A stretch of 63,350 nucleotides of DNA, filler included, from Reclinomonas americana ATCC 50394 (taxonomy: Eukaryota): NCBI GenBank assembly GCA_048213135.1. It is 7 parts of 3 records of this genome, joined end to end, with 100 filler letters (N's around TTAATTAATTAA, not from the genome) between each part and the next. Parts side by side here need not be neighbours in the genome. Positions count along the whole stretch, not along the records: positions 39,412 to 53,693 come from PS015052.1; positions 53,794 to 61,088 come from PS015053.1; positions 61,189 to 63,350 come from PS015055.1; 4 more parts are not named here. One strand, written 5' to 3'. The notes beneath the pieces are model-generated. The model had not been told where the DNA came from, made no database searches, and saw only the letters and a program-made list of their open reading frames with translations. The position numbers and the translations under genes were made by a program. Below, piece after piece: positions 49,109-62,230 of this stretch (its first letter is position 1; each line of letters opens with the position of its first letter).

Positions 49109-52100
49109 GACGNNNNNNNNNNNNNNNNNNNNNNNNNNNNNNNNNNNNNNNNNNNNNNNNNNNNNNNNNNNNNNNNNNNNNNNNNNNNNNNNNNNNNNNN
49201 NNNNNNNNNNNNNNNNNNNNNNNNNNNNNNNNNNNNNNNNNNNNNNNNNNNNNNNNNNNNNNNNNNNNNNNNNNNNNNNNNNNNNNNNNNNNNNNNNNNN
49301 NNNNNNNNNNNNNNNNNNNNNNNNNNNNNNNNNNNNNNNNNNNNNNNNNNNNNNNNNNNNNNNNNNNNNNNNNNNNNNNNNNNNNNNNNNNNNNNNNNNN
49401 NNNNNNNNNNNNNNNNNNNNNNNNNNNNNNNNNNNNNNNNNNNNNNNNNNNNNNNNNNNNNNNNNCGAAACGCAGTCTGGCATCATCAGCGCGTTCTTTT
49501 TGAACTCGCCTGCACGGAGTGTGGCATCCCTTCGTCAGGAGCTGGCTCTCCGTCGTCCTCAGTCATGGACTCATTCGGCAAGACTCTTCGTAGTGTCGCC
49601 CACTATTCACGCCAAGAGACGCGTAAGTCAGTTGAAGGAGTGCTCCAGAGCATGAGCACCTTCATCAAGGTGAGCATCTGCCTCTGCTGCCCATCACGCA
49701 CGACTGGAAAGTGAGCCAACATCATTGCATGCACAACTCTTGCAGAAGAGTGAACTGCGCGGTGCTGCTCTGGTGGATGCCATTGAGAGACCATTGATTG
49801 TGGTGGATGAACGTGGCCATTCAGAGGTGTGTAACAGTTCCTTTGTGCGCTCTTGCGTTTCCCGGTTTGTGGCGACTGACTTGCTTCTTTTATTATGTCG
49901 GTCGTGCTGCAGGAATCATGGAAGATGATGGATAGGAAACCGTATATCGACAATCGTCTCATGCTTATCGCCCGAGCCACGCAGGCACTACGGGGGTGTC
50001 CTGGCTTTCAGGCGTCGCTGATTCGAGACGGCTGCCTCTCCGAGGCAGAGATTGCACGGGCCGTCGAATGGTGCAGCAAAAGAGGTTTGATTACAGCGGG
50101 CGTGTTCTGCTGTGCGTGTGTTGTGTTAGGACTGACGAGTGAGATGCAGCTCTAGTGGACGCGACGGTGCTGAAGAAAGAAGAGATGGAGGAGGAGGATG
50201 AGGAGGAGGAACAGGAGGATGATTCAAGGGTCGACGAGGAAGATGGTGAGGACGACGACATGGGTGAAGGTGGCGGGAGCAAGGTATGATACGCTAATTG
50301 GTGGAGTGGGTTCTCACTGTGACAGCAGTTCATGACGCGCATTCACAGCGACGAGGGAGTGGTTCGACGACAATGAGCCACGACGAACAATTGGTGCTGG
50401 CACGTCTACTTGTTGCGTGTGTGCTGCAATCTTGTCATTCTTTGGAAATCGTGTGGCTGATTGAATGTTCATTGCGCCATACATGTGATTCATGGCGAGC
50501 AGTGCTGCAACAAGATGAAGTTACTCGTGACGGCGTTTGGCATAATGGCTCCGATGGTTATGGGATCCACAGTCCTCCATCATCAGCGACTTCTTGTTGA
50601 ACTCGCCTGCAAGGAGTGTGGCATCGTTTCATCGAAAGCAGGCTGTCTTTCGTCGGCAGCTGTGAGCTCATTTGGCAAGAGTCTTTGCGACTTCGTCAGG
50701 ACAGCACGCAGCAAGACGCCCAAGTCGGTTGAGGGAGTTCTCCAGAGCATGAGCAACTTTATCGAAGTGAGTATCGTCCATGTCGCGCGACTGAATCAAT
50801 ATCATCGCTAACATATGTGACATTATGCAGAAGAGTGAACTGCGCGATGCGGCTCTGGCGGATGCCATTGAGAGACCACTGATTGCGGTGGATGAACGTG
50901 GTCGTTCGGAGGTGCGGCCGCCTTGCGTTTCTGTGTTCGTTGTATGTACTCAAGATCTCAACATGGCTGGTGTTTTCTCATGTTCTGTGTTCCGGAATTC
51001 GGGTGTCAGGAGTCGTCAAACTTGCCGGGACTGCAGCACTACAAGCAGAGTCCTCTTCTGCTGTTCTTGACACGGGCTGTGGATGCTCTCCGCAACTGCT
51101 CTGGCCTGCTGGCCACTCTGCTTCGAGACGGTTGTCTGTCTGAAGTGGAGATTGCACGTGCGACAGAGTGGTGCAGCGGAAGAGGTTTGGCTACGTGACG
51201 GTTGATAGATAGATGCAGTGTGTACAAGCGCTGACAATTAGGCACAGTTCTGAGAGAGATGGAGAATGTGAAGAAGGAGGAGAAGATGGAGGATGAGCAG
51301 GATGAGGATTTCATCGAGAAAGAACGCGACGACGAGAAGCGAAGTGGGAAAAGCAAGGTACATCATTCAGTAAGCTGCAGGATGCTTGAGCATCCCAAAT
51401 TACTGGACTTTCGTTCCACAGCGGACCAGGGTTGGTCATTTAAAGCTGAGTGTCAACGAGCAACTGACGCTGGCGAAACTGCTTGTTGCGTGTTGTCGCA
51501 CGTCTCCAACTATGTTATCAAGAAATCCTCACTTGTATCTGCTCATCGCATATGTGAACAGGGCGGCAACAGGAAGAGGATGCTGGTGAAGGCATTTGGC
51601 CTCATGGCACCCGTGGTACTGAGAACCACTGTCCAACATCATCAGCGCCTTCTCTTTCAGCTTGCCTGTGATGCATGCGGAATACCCTCGAAGGGACCTG
51701 GCAGCCCGTCATCCGCAGTCATGTCTGCATTCGGCAGGAGTCTTGCCGGTAGTGCCAACACGACACGCTGCAGGACGCCCAAGTCAGTGGAGGGCGTGCT
51801 TGAGAGAGCGAGCAACTTTATCGAGGTGAGTGTCAATGTGTTGTTTCTCTGTCACATCTGCTTGTGCTGTGTGCACGGCTAACGACCTGCCTTCCATTGT
51901 GTGCATGTGGAATCATTAGAAGAGCGGTCTTCGAGAAGCCGAGCTGGTGAATGCTGTCGAGAGGCCAATGATTGTGATTGACGAACGTGGCCATTCTGAG
52001 GCATGCGGACTGTGATTGTGTGCGCTGTTGTGCATCAATGATGTTGTCTCACGTTTTCAATCCTTGGGTGACAGGAAACAGCCAAGCTGACGCAGATAAG

Positions 52101-53486
52101 CAGCAGGCAAAATCCCCTTCTACCGTTCGTCACACAGGCCATGCAGGCTCTTCGCAACTTCCCTGACCTGCTGACCACTCTGCTTCGAGACGGCTTTCTG
52201 TCTGAGGCGGAGATTGCACGTGCCGCCGAGTGGTGCAGTGAGCGAGGTTTGGCTGCGTGACACACATTGTTGTACAGTGTGAACGGTGCTGACAAGCAAG
52301 TGGCCAGTCATCAGGGAGATGGAGATGGTGAAGAAAGAGACGAAGGAAGAGTACGACGAACAGGCGGATGATGATGATGACAGCAGCGAGAATGAGGACG
52401 ATGACGGGAAGGGAAACAGGAGACAGAAGGTATGCCCGTCACTGCCTTCATGAGACGTGAATGATGTGTGCATTTCAAACGGCATGGTTCTCAATCGCAG
52501 CGCCAGAAGAGTGGCCCTGTAAAGTTGAGCATCAACGACCAGCTTATGCTCCTGAGACTACATGTTGCGTGTTGTCGTTGCCTCGCTGCTCGGCTCCTCG
52601 CTCCCACTCACCCACCGCACATGCGAACAGGCATGCAACAAGAGGAAGATACTCGTGAAGGCATTTGGCCTCATGGCACCCGTGGTGCTGGAATCCACAG
52701 TTCGCCATTATCAGCGCGTTCTCTTTCAGCTTACCTGTGACGAATGCGGATTACCGTCCGAGGGGCCAGGCTGCCCGTCAACCGCAATCTTGTCTGCATT
52801 CGGCAGGAGTCTTGCCGGTAGTGCCGGCACGGCACGCAGCGACACGCCCAAGTCAGTGGAGGGTGTGCTGGCGAGCGTGAGCAACTTCATCGAGGTGAAT
52901 GCGTGTGCTGTCTCTGTGTCGCCTCCGATCGTGACGTTCTGTTGACTGACTTGAGTTCAATATATTCGCGCGGGATCATCAGAAGAGCGGTCTTCGAGGA
53001 GCTGCGCTGGTGGATGCTGTCGAGAGACCACAGATTGTCATCGACGATCGTGGCCACTCTGAGGCATGTCTTCTGGTTGTGTGATTCGGTGAATTGATGT
53101 TAGCTTGCCCACTATGCGTACTCTCGGGTGGCAGGAATCAGCTAAGTCCACGCATAAAAATGGCTTTCCAAATGCTCTCCTGCCATTCGTCACGGAGGCC
53201 ATGCATCTTCTCCACAATTGCCCTGGCCTGCTGGCCACTCTGCTTCGAGACGGGTGCCTTTCGAAGGCGGAGATTGCGCGTGCTGGTGAGTGCTCGAAAT
53301 GCAACAATTTGAGTGCACCTGGTTGTTGTTGCGTGTCGTGCCAACATCAGCACTGACGAGCATGATGCAGTGGTGGGTGACGAGAAGCCGGTGAAAATGG
53401 AGGTGGTGAAGGAGGAGGAGGAGGAGGAGGAGGAGGAGGAGGAGGAGGAGGAGGAGGAGGAACAGGACGAGGACGAGGATGTGTAG
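46436..53486 (+). CDS. Five-module repeat family, copy E (ATG to stop, two internal gaps; modules start ~47699, 48885, 50350, 51422, 52501)
   Basis: Runs from MASRPPPPPPRSHS through five cassettes to poly-E and TAG 53484-53486. Confidence 0.8.
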
Positions 53487-53902
53487 AACAAGGTGGTGAT
53501 GGGGGAGGAACTGGATGTGGAGAGCTCGACACAGCCGTGGATGGACGATGGCATGCCTGCATCGGTGCGCGGCGAGGGAGTGAGAGTGATTGGTAGAAGG
53601 AGGGATGAGACAGAGAGAAGGCCAGCTATGTTGAGATGCAACGCGGATCAACGGGGGAATGGAGCGGTATGTCGCTCAATCTCTCTCTCTCTCNNNNNNN
53701 NNNNNNNNNNNNNNNNNNNNNNNNNNNNNNNNNNNNNTTAATTAATTAANNNNNNNNNNNNNNNNNNNNNNNNNNNNNNNNNNNNNNNNNNNNTCTTCTT
53801 CTTCTTCTTCTTCTTCTTCTTCTTCTTCTTGTTCTTCTTCTTTTTTCTTCTTCTTGTTCTTGTTTCTCATGGATTGTCGTTGTGTTTCATTCCCTGTTGC
53901 AG

Positions 53903-56900
53903 AACCAGCTGGCTTCTTGGAGGACAAGAAGAAGAAGCACACCGACGAGAGCACAGCCGCCATTGCCGCTGCGCGAAGTGACGTGGAGAATCGCACTGAG
54001 GACGGTTCGTCTCTCTCTCTCTCCCTCCTTCTTGCTGTCATTGGTGTTCTCGCGCCACGTGATTTCTCATCTGGGCGGTGTATGCACACAGCTACATACC
54101 AGGAGCACATGGAACACACAGCGATGGAAGGCATCGTCGAGGTACTGTGACTTGTGTGTCGTCCCAAGATGAGCATATCTCTCACTGTATTCTCTCTCTC
54201 TCTTGGCATGATTGCACAGCAACGCGCGAGGAGGCAGCGAGTCGACTCGTCTCTGGTGCATCACAGCGAGGACTTGCTTGCACGTGATTCAGATGAGAAA
54301 TCGGTCCGCAAGCGTTCTGTGGAGGTGAGTTGTGATGAGGCATGCGTTTCACTTGCCTCTTTCTCGTGCATCGCAGTTATCACCTGATGTTTCATACATT
54401 CTCAGCAGGTGGATGCATCCAGTGATGACGAGCTTGCCCCGCCAAAGAAGAAAAAGAAGGTTTGGATTCTCTGTCTTTGTCATTGGTGTGTTTGTTCATC
54501 GATCTGCACTTGGGTTCATTTGTGTCAATGATGCGTGTTGTGGATTCACAGGTTGGCAAGACGCAAGCTGCGAAGAAGCCAGAGGAGTTGAGCGCGGATG
54601 AGAAGCTGTTGCTGAACAAGCTGCTTGTTGCGTGTGCATGCTCTCTGTCATCACTTTAACCCATGGCCACCTTGATCCTCCTTCTCCTCGATGTAGTCAC
54701 CATTCTTACTGTGTCTCTCGCAGCGATGCAATCGGAAGAGGATTCTGGTGAAAGCATTCGGGTTGATGGCTTCCATTGTTCAGGAATCCACTGTCATCCA
54801 CCATCAGAGCGTTTTCTTCGAGATGGCCTGTGACGAATGCGGGGTTCCGATGTCGGAGCCGGGTCGCGCGTCGTCGGCAGTCAAGAGTGCATTTGGCAAG
54901 AGTCTTGGTGAAACTGCCAGCTATTCACGCTGCAAAACGCCCAAATCAGTGGAGGGTGTGCTACATCGCGTGAGCATTTTCATCGAGGTGAGCGAACATA
55001 CGTGGTGACGACCATGACATGTGAACCAACACGCAAATGATTGCAATCTGCAGATGAGCCAGCTCAGTGGCGCGGATCTGGTGGATGCTGTTGAGAGACC
55101 ACTGATTGTGGTGGATGAGCGCGGGTATTCGGAGGTGAATTATCTGCATGTTTGTTGCGATCATGTCCACAGACTTCGCTCACTCTGCTTGTGATAGGAG
55201 TCTTGGAAGGGATTGGCACCGCAGAACAAATCGCAGAAAGACCGTCTTCAGTCGTTTGTCACGGAGGCCATGGATGCATTGGGCGAGTGCGATGGTCTCA
55301 TGGCTGCTTTGCTTCGAGGGAGCCGCCTCTCTGAGGCCGAGATGTCGCGCGCCGTCACGTGGTGCCAATCAAAAGGTCTGCAACTTCATGAGACTGTTAG
55401 CGTTGCTTGCGTTGGTGTTGACCAGCACCGCGCAGAATCTGGCGATGTGAAGATGATGAAAGAAGAGGAAGAGGAGCAAGAAGAGGATGATGGCATCAAA
55501 GATGAAGACGATAACAATAAGGTATGCCAGAATAGTAGAAAAATGACACTGGCTGTTTCGCGTTTTCACGTACTTGGTCGACCATTGATGCCTTGTGCGT
55601 TCACAGGTGGATGCAGGGGGTGACGATGACAAAGAATCGAAACCGAGGAAGGTACGGCGATGCCCGATGTTTTTGGATGGTTGGTGTGGCAGGTGTTGAT
55701 TGTGGATGTTGCACGGGGTATGCACTTGCAGCTCGACAATCGTGGTCGCCCTGTAGTCGATGCGGATTTGAGCAAGGATGAGCGAATGGTGCTGGACAGA
55801 CTGGTTGTTGCGTGTGTGTGTCCACAACACCTCAGCAAGGCAGATTGATTGAGTCTGTCTTGTACCTGCCTATCATTACATCTGATTCGTGCTCGTGTCT
55901 GTGCGAACAGCGGTGCAACAAGAAGAAGATTCTGGTGATTGCATTCGGCATCATGGCGCATCTATTGAAGCCATTTGCAGTCTGCCATCATCAGCGGGTT
56001 CTGTTTGATTTCGCATGCAAGGAGTGTGGCATCCCTTCGTCAGGAGCTGGCAGTCCGTCGTCCGCAGTCGTGGACTCATTCGGGAGGAGCCTCGGCAAGC
56101 TCGTCCAAAATGCACGCGCCGAGACGCCCAAGTCTGTTGAAGGAGTGCTCCAGAGCATGAGCAACTTCATCGAGGTGAGCAAATGTCTGTTCTGTCTATC
56201 CCGCGCGGCTAGAAAGTGAGCCAACATCATTGCATGCACAACTCTGCAGAATAGTGAACTGCGTGGTGCTGCTCTGGTGGATGCAATTGAGAGACCGCTG
56301 GTTGTGGTGGATGATCGTGGGCATTCAGAGGTGTGCAAACTTTCCATTTGCCTATGTTTTCATCCTTTGGTTTTGTGTCGACTCACATGCTTCTTTCACG
56401 ATGTCGATCGTGCTGCAGGAATCATGGATGATGATGGAGTACAAACGGAAGAGCAACGATCCTCTCCTGCCGCTCATCGCCCAAGCCGCGCAGGCCCTAC
56501 GTGAGTGTCCTGGCTTGCAAGTTTCGCTAATTCGAGACGGCTGTCTCTCCGAGGAGGAGATCGAACGGGCCGTCGAGTGGTGCAGTGAGAGAGGTTTGAT
56601 GGCATCGGATGCGTTCTACTGTGTGCATCTTGACTGAGCTGACAAGTGAGGTGTAGCTCTGCTGGAGGCGATTGTGCTGAAGAAAGAAGAGACGATGGAA
56701 GAGGAAGAAGAGGAGGATGATTTGAGGGTGGACGAGGAAGACGATGAAGACGACGGCACGGCTGAAGGTGACAGGAGCAAGGTATGACCATGGATGGTGG
56801 GACGGGTGCACACTGTGGCATCGACTTATGGAGCGCATTCGCAGCGACGAGGGAGCGGTTCTACGGCAATGAGCAAAGACGAACAACTGCTGCTGGCGAA

Positions 56901-59900
56901 GCTCTTTGTTGCGTGTGATTTGCAGTCAAGTGTCCTTCTTTGGTAATCGCCTGGCACTCATGTGTTTCATGCGAGAGCAGTGCTGCGACAAGCGGAAGTT
57001 ACTGGCGAAGGCGTTTGGCATCATGGCGCCGTTCGTGATGGAATCCACAGTCCGTCATCATCACCGCGTTCTTGTTCACCTCGCATGCAAGGAGTGTGGC
57101 GTTGCTTTATCAAAATCGGGCTGCCTTTCGGCGGGAGTCGTGAGATCATTTGGCAAGAGTATTGGTCGTGCTGTCCGAGAAACACGCACCAAGACGCCCA
57201 AGTCGGTTGAGGGAGTGCTCCAGAGCATGAGCAACTTTATAGAGGTGAGCAACGCCCGTCTCATTCGACCTGAATCGAAGGCCATCGCTCACATATTTGC
57301 TATTGTGCAGAAGAGCGAACTGCGTGGCGTTCCTCTGGTAAATGCCATTGAGAGGCCACTGGTTGTAGTGGATGAACGTGGCTGTTCTGAGGTGTGGCTC
57401 TCTTGCGCTCCGTGTGTGGTGTTTATGCTGGGTGGTGTTTTCTCACATTCTGTGCTCCGAAAATCGGATGTCAGGAGTCGTCACGCTTGCCAGGGATGCA
57501 GCACAACAAGCAGATCCCTCTTTTGCCATTCATCACACAGGCCGTGGATGCTCTGACCAACTGCCCGGGTCTGCCGGTCACTCTGCTTCGAGATGGATGT
57601 CTGTCCGAGGCGGAGATTGTACGTGCCGCCGAGTGGTGCGGTGAACGAGGTTTGGCTGGGTGTTTTTTGTGATTGCTGCACTGTTTGTGCACGTACTGAC
57701 AATCTGGCCCAGCTCTGAGAGAGATGGAGATGATGAAGAAGGAGGAGAAGAGGGAAGAAGATCAGGAGGATGCTAACGACAGCGAGAATGAGGATGACGA
57801 CGCGAGAGGGAATGGCAGGAGCAAGGTACGCCCGCCCGCCACACCTTTCTGAAAGATGCAAAGAAAAGTGTATCTAAACAATTCATTGTGTGCGTTTGCA
57901 GCGCCGCAACAGTGGTCCTGCGAAGCTGAGCATTAACGAGCAACTGATGCTGGCGAAACTGCATGTTGCGTGTTGCTGTTATCTCTGCACGTGGCAGACA
58001 AAACATTCGAGAACTCCTCACTCCCATCTACCTGCATTTCTGTTGAGCAGGGTTGCAACAAGAAGAGGATATTGGTGAAAGCATTCGGCCTCACGGCACC
58101 CGTGGTGATGCCATCCACAGTCATCCACCACCAGCGCGCTCTCTTCCGGCTTGCCTGTGACGAATGCGGCTTGCCTTCCGAGGGACCTGGTTGCCCGTCT
58201 TCCGCTGTCTTGTCTGCACTCGGCAAGAGTCTTGCCAGTAGTGCCGGCATGGCACGCAGCCGGACGCCCAAATCAGTGGAGGGCGTGCTCAAGAGTGTGA
58301 GCAACTTCATCGAGGTGTGTGTCAGCGTGTAGATTTTGTTTTTCATTCGACAGTGACTGCCTGCTTGCTGATCCGACATTCATGTGCATGTAATTATCAG
58401 AAGAGCGGTCTTCGAGGACCCGAGCTGGCGAATGCTGTCGAGAGACCAATAATTGTGATTGACGAACACGGCCACTCGGAGGCATGTGGACTGTGATTGT
58501 GTGTATCGATGTGCGTGTCTCATTTTCTCGTTTCTCGGGTGACAGGAATCAGCCAAGCCAAGCGGCAAGCAAAACGTTTTTCTGCCATTCGTCACACAGG
58601 CCATGCAGGCTCTCCACAACTGCCCTGGCCTGCTGGCCACTCTGCTTCGAGACGGATGTCTGTCCGAGGCGGAGATTGCTCGTGCTTCCGAGTGGTGCAG
58701 TGAACGAGGTTTGGCTGCGTTTCGATCATTGCTGGAGAGTGTGTGCAGGTGCTGACAAGTAGGCGACAGCTCTGAGGGAGATGGAGATGATGAAGAAAGA
58801 GAAGAAGAGCGAGGACGACGAACAGGCGGATGATGATGACGACAGCGAGAATGAGGACGACGACGGGGAGGGGAAAAGGAGACACAAGGTACGCCCGTCA
58901 CTGCTATGTGTGAGACGTGAAAGATGTGTGCATTTCAAAACTGCATGGTTCTCAACCACAGCGCCGGAAGAGTGGCCCAGCGAAGTTGGGCATCAACGAG
59001 CAACTGATGCTGGCAAGACTGCTTGTTCCGTGTTGTCGTTACCTCACTGCTCGGCTCCTCACTCCCGCTCACCCAACAAACATGCGAACAGGGGTGCAAC
59101 AAGAAGAGGATCCTGGTGAAGGCATTTGGCCTCATGGCCTCTGTGGTACTTAGATGCACAGTCGGTCATTATCAGCGCCTTCTCTTCCAGCTTGCCTGTG
59201 ACGAATGCGGAATACCTTCAAAGGGACCGAGCTGTCCATCATCCGCTGTGATGTCTGCATTTGGCAAGAGTCTTGCCAAGAGTGCGACTTGGACACGCGG
59301 CACGACTCCCAAGTCAGTGGAGGGCGTGCTCGAGAGCGTGAGCAACTTCATCAAAGTGAGTGTCGATGTGCTGTTTCTGTGTCACAATTACTTGATACTC
59401 GCCTGGTGATGACTGAAGCTCCATGACTGTGCAATCATCAGAAGAGCGGTCTTCGAGGAGCTGCGCTGCTGGATGCTGTGGAGAGACCACAGATTGTCAT
59501 CGACGATTGCGGCTACTGTGAGGCATGTATCCTGCATGTGTGGTTCTGTGAATCGATATTAGCTTTCTCACTTTGCGTACTCTCGGGTGGCAGGAATCGG
59601 CGAAGTTGCCGAAGAACAACCATCCAAATGTTCTTCTGCCATTCGTCACGCAGGCCATGCACTTACTCCACAACCATTCTGGCCTGTTGACCAGTCTGCT
59701 TCGAGACGGTTGTCTTTCAAAGGCGGAGATTGCTCGTGCCGGTGAGTGCTCCAAGTGCAACAGTCTTGATGCACCTGCTGCTGTTTCATGTCGTGTCAGT
59801 GTCAGTACTGACATGCGTGATGCAGTGGTGGGTGACGAGAAGCCGGTGAAGATGGAGGTAGTGAAGCAAGAGGAGGAGGAGGAGGAGGAAGAGGAGGAGG

Positions 59901-59923
59901 AAGAAGAAGACAAGAATATGTAG
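53903..59923 (+). CDS. Five-module repeat family, copy F (exon 2 to stop, gap-free; modules start ~54552, 55732, 56845, 57902, 58962)
   Basis: EPAGFLEDKKKKHTDE exon onward, five cassettes, stop TAG 59921-59923. Confidence 0.82.
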
Positions 59924-60789
59924 GGCAAGGAATTCAAGGTGGTGGTGGAGGGGGTGATGGATGGGCAGTGCAAGACACTGCCGTGGATGGATTACGGCAT
60001 GGCTGCACAGGTGCATGGACAGTGACTGGGAGCGAGTAGCAGCGGAACTTTCGTTTTGATAGAAGAGGGTGAAGAAGGTGTGAAGTGAGGGATGGAGGAG
60101 CAAAGTGAGTGCTTGTGTTTATCGCGCTGCTCGTCCGCGTTTGATTGAGTCAGAGAAGTTTCGTCGCCAGTTTGTGGTGAGCTGAGGGTGCGACGAGGAC
60201 GTGACGGAGGCAGGGAGGGCGGTGCGTTCACGTAGTCGCCACAAGTACAGAGTACCGACAACGCGGCTTGCTCGCAGAAGCGACGAAGGAGAACAGACAA
60301 TCACCAGCGTGTCCGCGACTTACCGTACTCTCCTCTTCCGCCATTATAACTGCAGTCCCTTGCAGCCAACCAACAGCGTTGCGATTCTGTCATCCTGCTC
60401 TTGCTCTCGATCGGTGTCCAGCGAGGTGATGCTGCCCTGCTGCAGCTGTTCATGTGCTCTGTTGTACTCTGTGCGGAGTTGTTCTCCATCATCACCTCAG
60501 CACCAGCTCCCCCTGTTCCACGTTCTCTCCGCAAGAGAGAGATCCAAAACTAAGAGACATGCATTGCTGGATATGCGGAACAATCGCAGTTGACGATGCA
60601 CCCAAGTTTGCCCAGTTCTCTGACACTCCCTCTCTCCTTCTTCTTCCTCCTCCTCCCCTCACATCACAACTTGTCACCTTTTCATCTTGCTGTTCGGATC
60701 AACGAATCTTCATTGCTTTCTCTCTTTCTCTTCGTTTCTTGCATCACGCAGTGCGCGTGTGCGTGAAACAACAACCAAGACACACACAA

Positions 60790-61088
60790 ATGGCCGCTCG
60801 ACGTCCTCCTCCTCCACCGCGCCCTCACTCAACAACAACAACAACAACAACTCCTTCACTGCCAATGTCTGCATCTTCTCCGTGCGACGACGAGAAAGCA
60901 GACATGATGCTCGTCGACAACAAGCAGCATGTGACGACGATGATGACGATGATGCATTCCTCCTCCTCGCTCTCCACCCACATCAATGATGATGATGATG
61001 AGGATGAGATGAAGATGAAGAGTGCATTGGGGTCATCTGCTCATCGTGGTGTGCCTGCAATGGCAAGGCGACGAGTGCCTGTCTCTTA
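60790..61088 (+). CDS. Five-module repeat family, copy G (first exon, cut by scaffold end)
   Basis: MAARRPPPPPRPHSTTTTTTTPSLPMSASSPCDDEKADMMLVDNK..., tandem to copy F. Confidence 0.7.
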
Positions 61089-61188
61089 NNNNNNNNNNNN
61101 NNNNNNNNNNNNNNNNNNNNNNNNNNNNNNNNTTAATTAATTAANNNNNNNNNNNNNNNNNNNNNNNNNNNNNNNNNNNNNNNNNNNN

Positions 61189-61231
<43 letters not shown>

Positions 61232-61594
61232 GGTTGTGCAGACTCACAAACTTGACAACGGAGAGTAGCACATAGCACACAAAGAAGTGGCGAATGCTCA
61301 CCGACTAGACTACGTGAGATCGAGTAGAGTTGATATATATGATCTAGAGACTCCGTCGATCGATTCCGTCCGCCAACTATACGATGATTATCTTCCACTG
61401 ACACTGCGCAAAACCAGTGCGACAACTGGTGGTGATTCGCTGTGCTAAACCCCTAATCTGCTAGTCGGCGTCAGTAATAAGACTCGCTCACCTTCGGTTC
61501 ACTCGAAATCAATTACGATCACCAGGGGTACTCCTGGCCTCTCAGAATCCACACAGCATTCACCGGCAATGTTGGAGCCTCGCAGTGCAGTTGG

Positions 61595-61639
<45 letters not shown>

Positions 61640-62198
61640 ACTCACTCACTCACATAATACAGCACTAGTACTCTCATGCAGCTGACCAGCTGACCTCTCA
61701 AGATTCCACACAGCGTTCATCGGTAACATCGGTTCATGATGTCTGCAGCAAAGAGTAACATCAGCTTTCCGTCTTCCAGCAACAATCACGACTAGTCTCA
61801 AACCTCGCGCTGACTCTGTTCTCCAACCTCCCTCGGTGCGAAACAGCGCCTCCCTCCGTTGCCTCGCCATCTCCGGACCCGTTCTTCTGACATTCCTCGT
61901 GACAGCAGCCACCTGCACCATCTCACTCTTGAGAGGAAACGAAAGGACGAAGCTCACATCTCAGTGAATGACCTCTCTCTCTCAACAGCACTCATGTCCT
62001 CCAGTCGACTGACACTCAGCGGAGCAGTCGGGTCGTGCGGAGCATGAGAGGAAGGACAAAGGGCACAGGCTAATGTAATAGAGACAGCAAGCGTGTGTGT
62101 GTGTGTGTGTAAGAGTGTGAAAGAGAGACTTGTTTTCTCAAACACGGCATCAGCACAATCGACATCAACTATCTGCGGACACACAGCTCAGCATTCTG

Positions 62199-62230
<32 letters not shown>

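Noticed and set aside
14272-61144. Recurring TTAATTAATTAA as a biological repeat or CRISPR-like direct repeat
   Set aside because: It is always centred in N blocks and is an artificial six-frame-stop linker.
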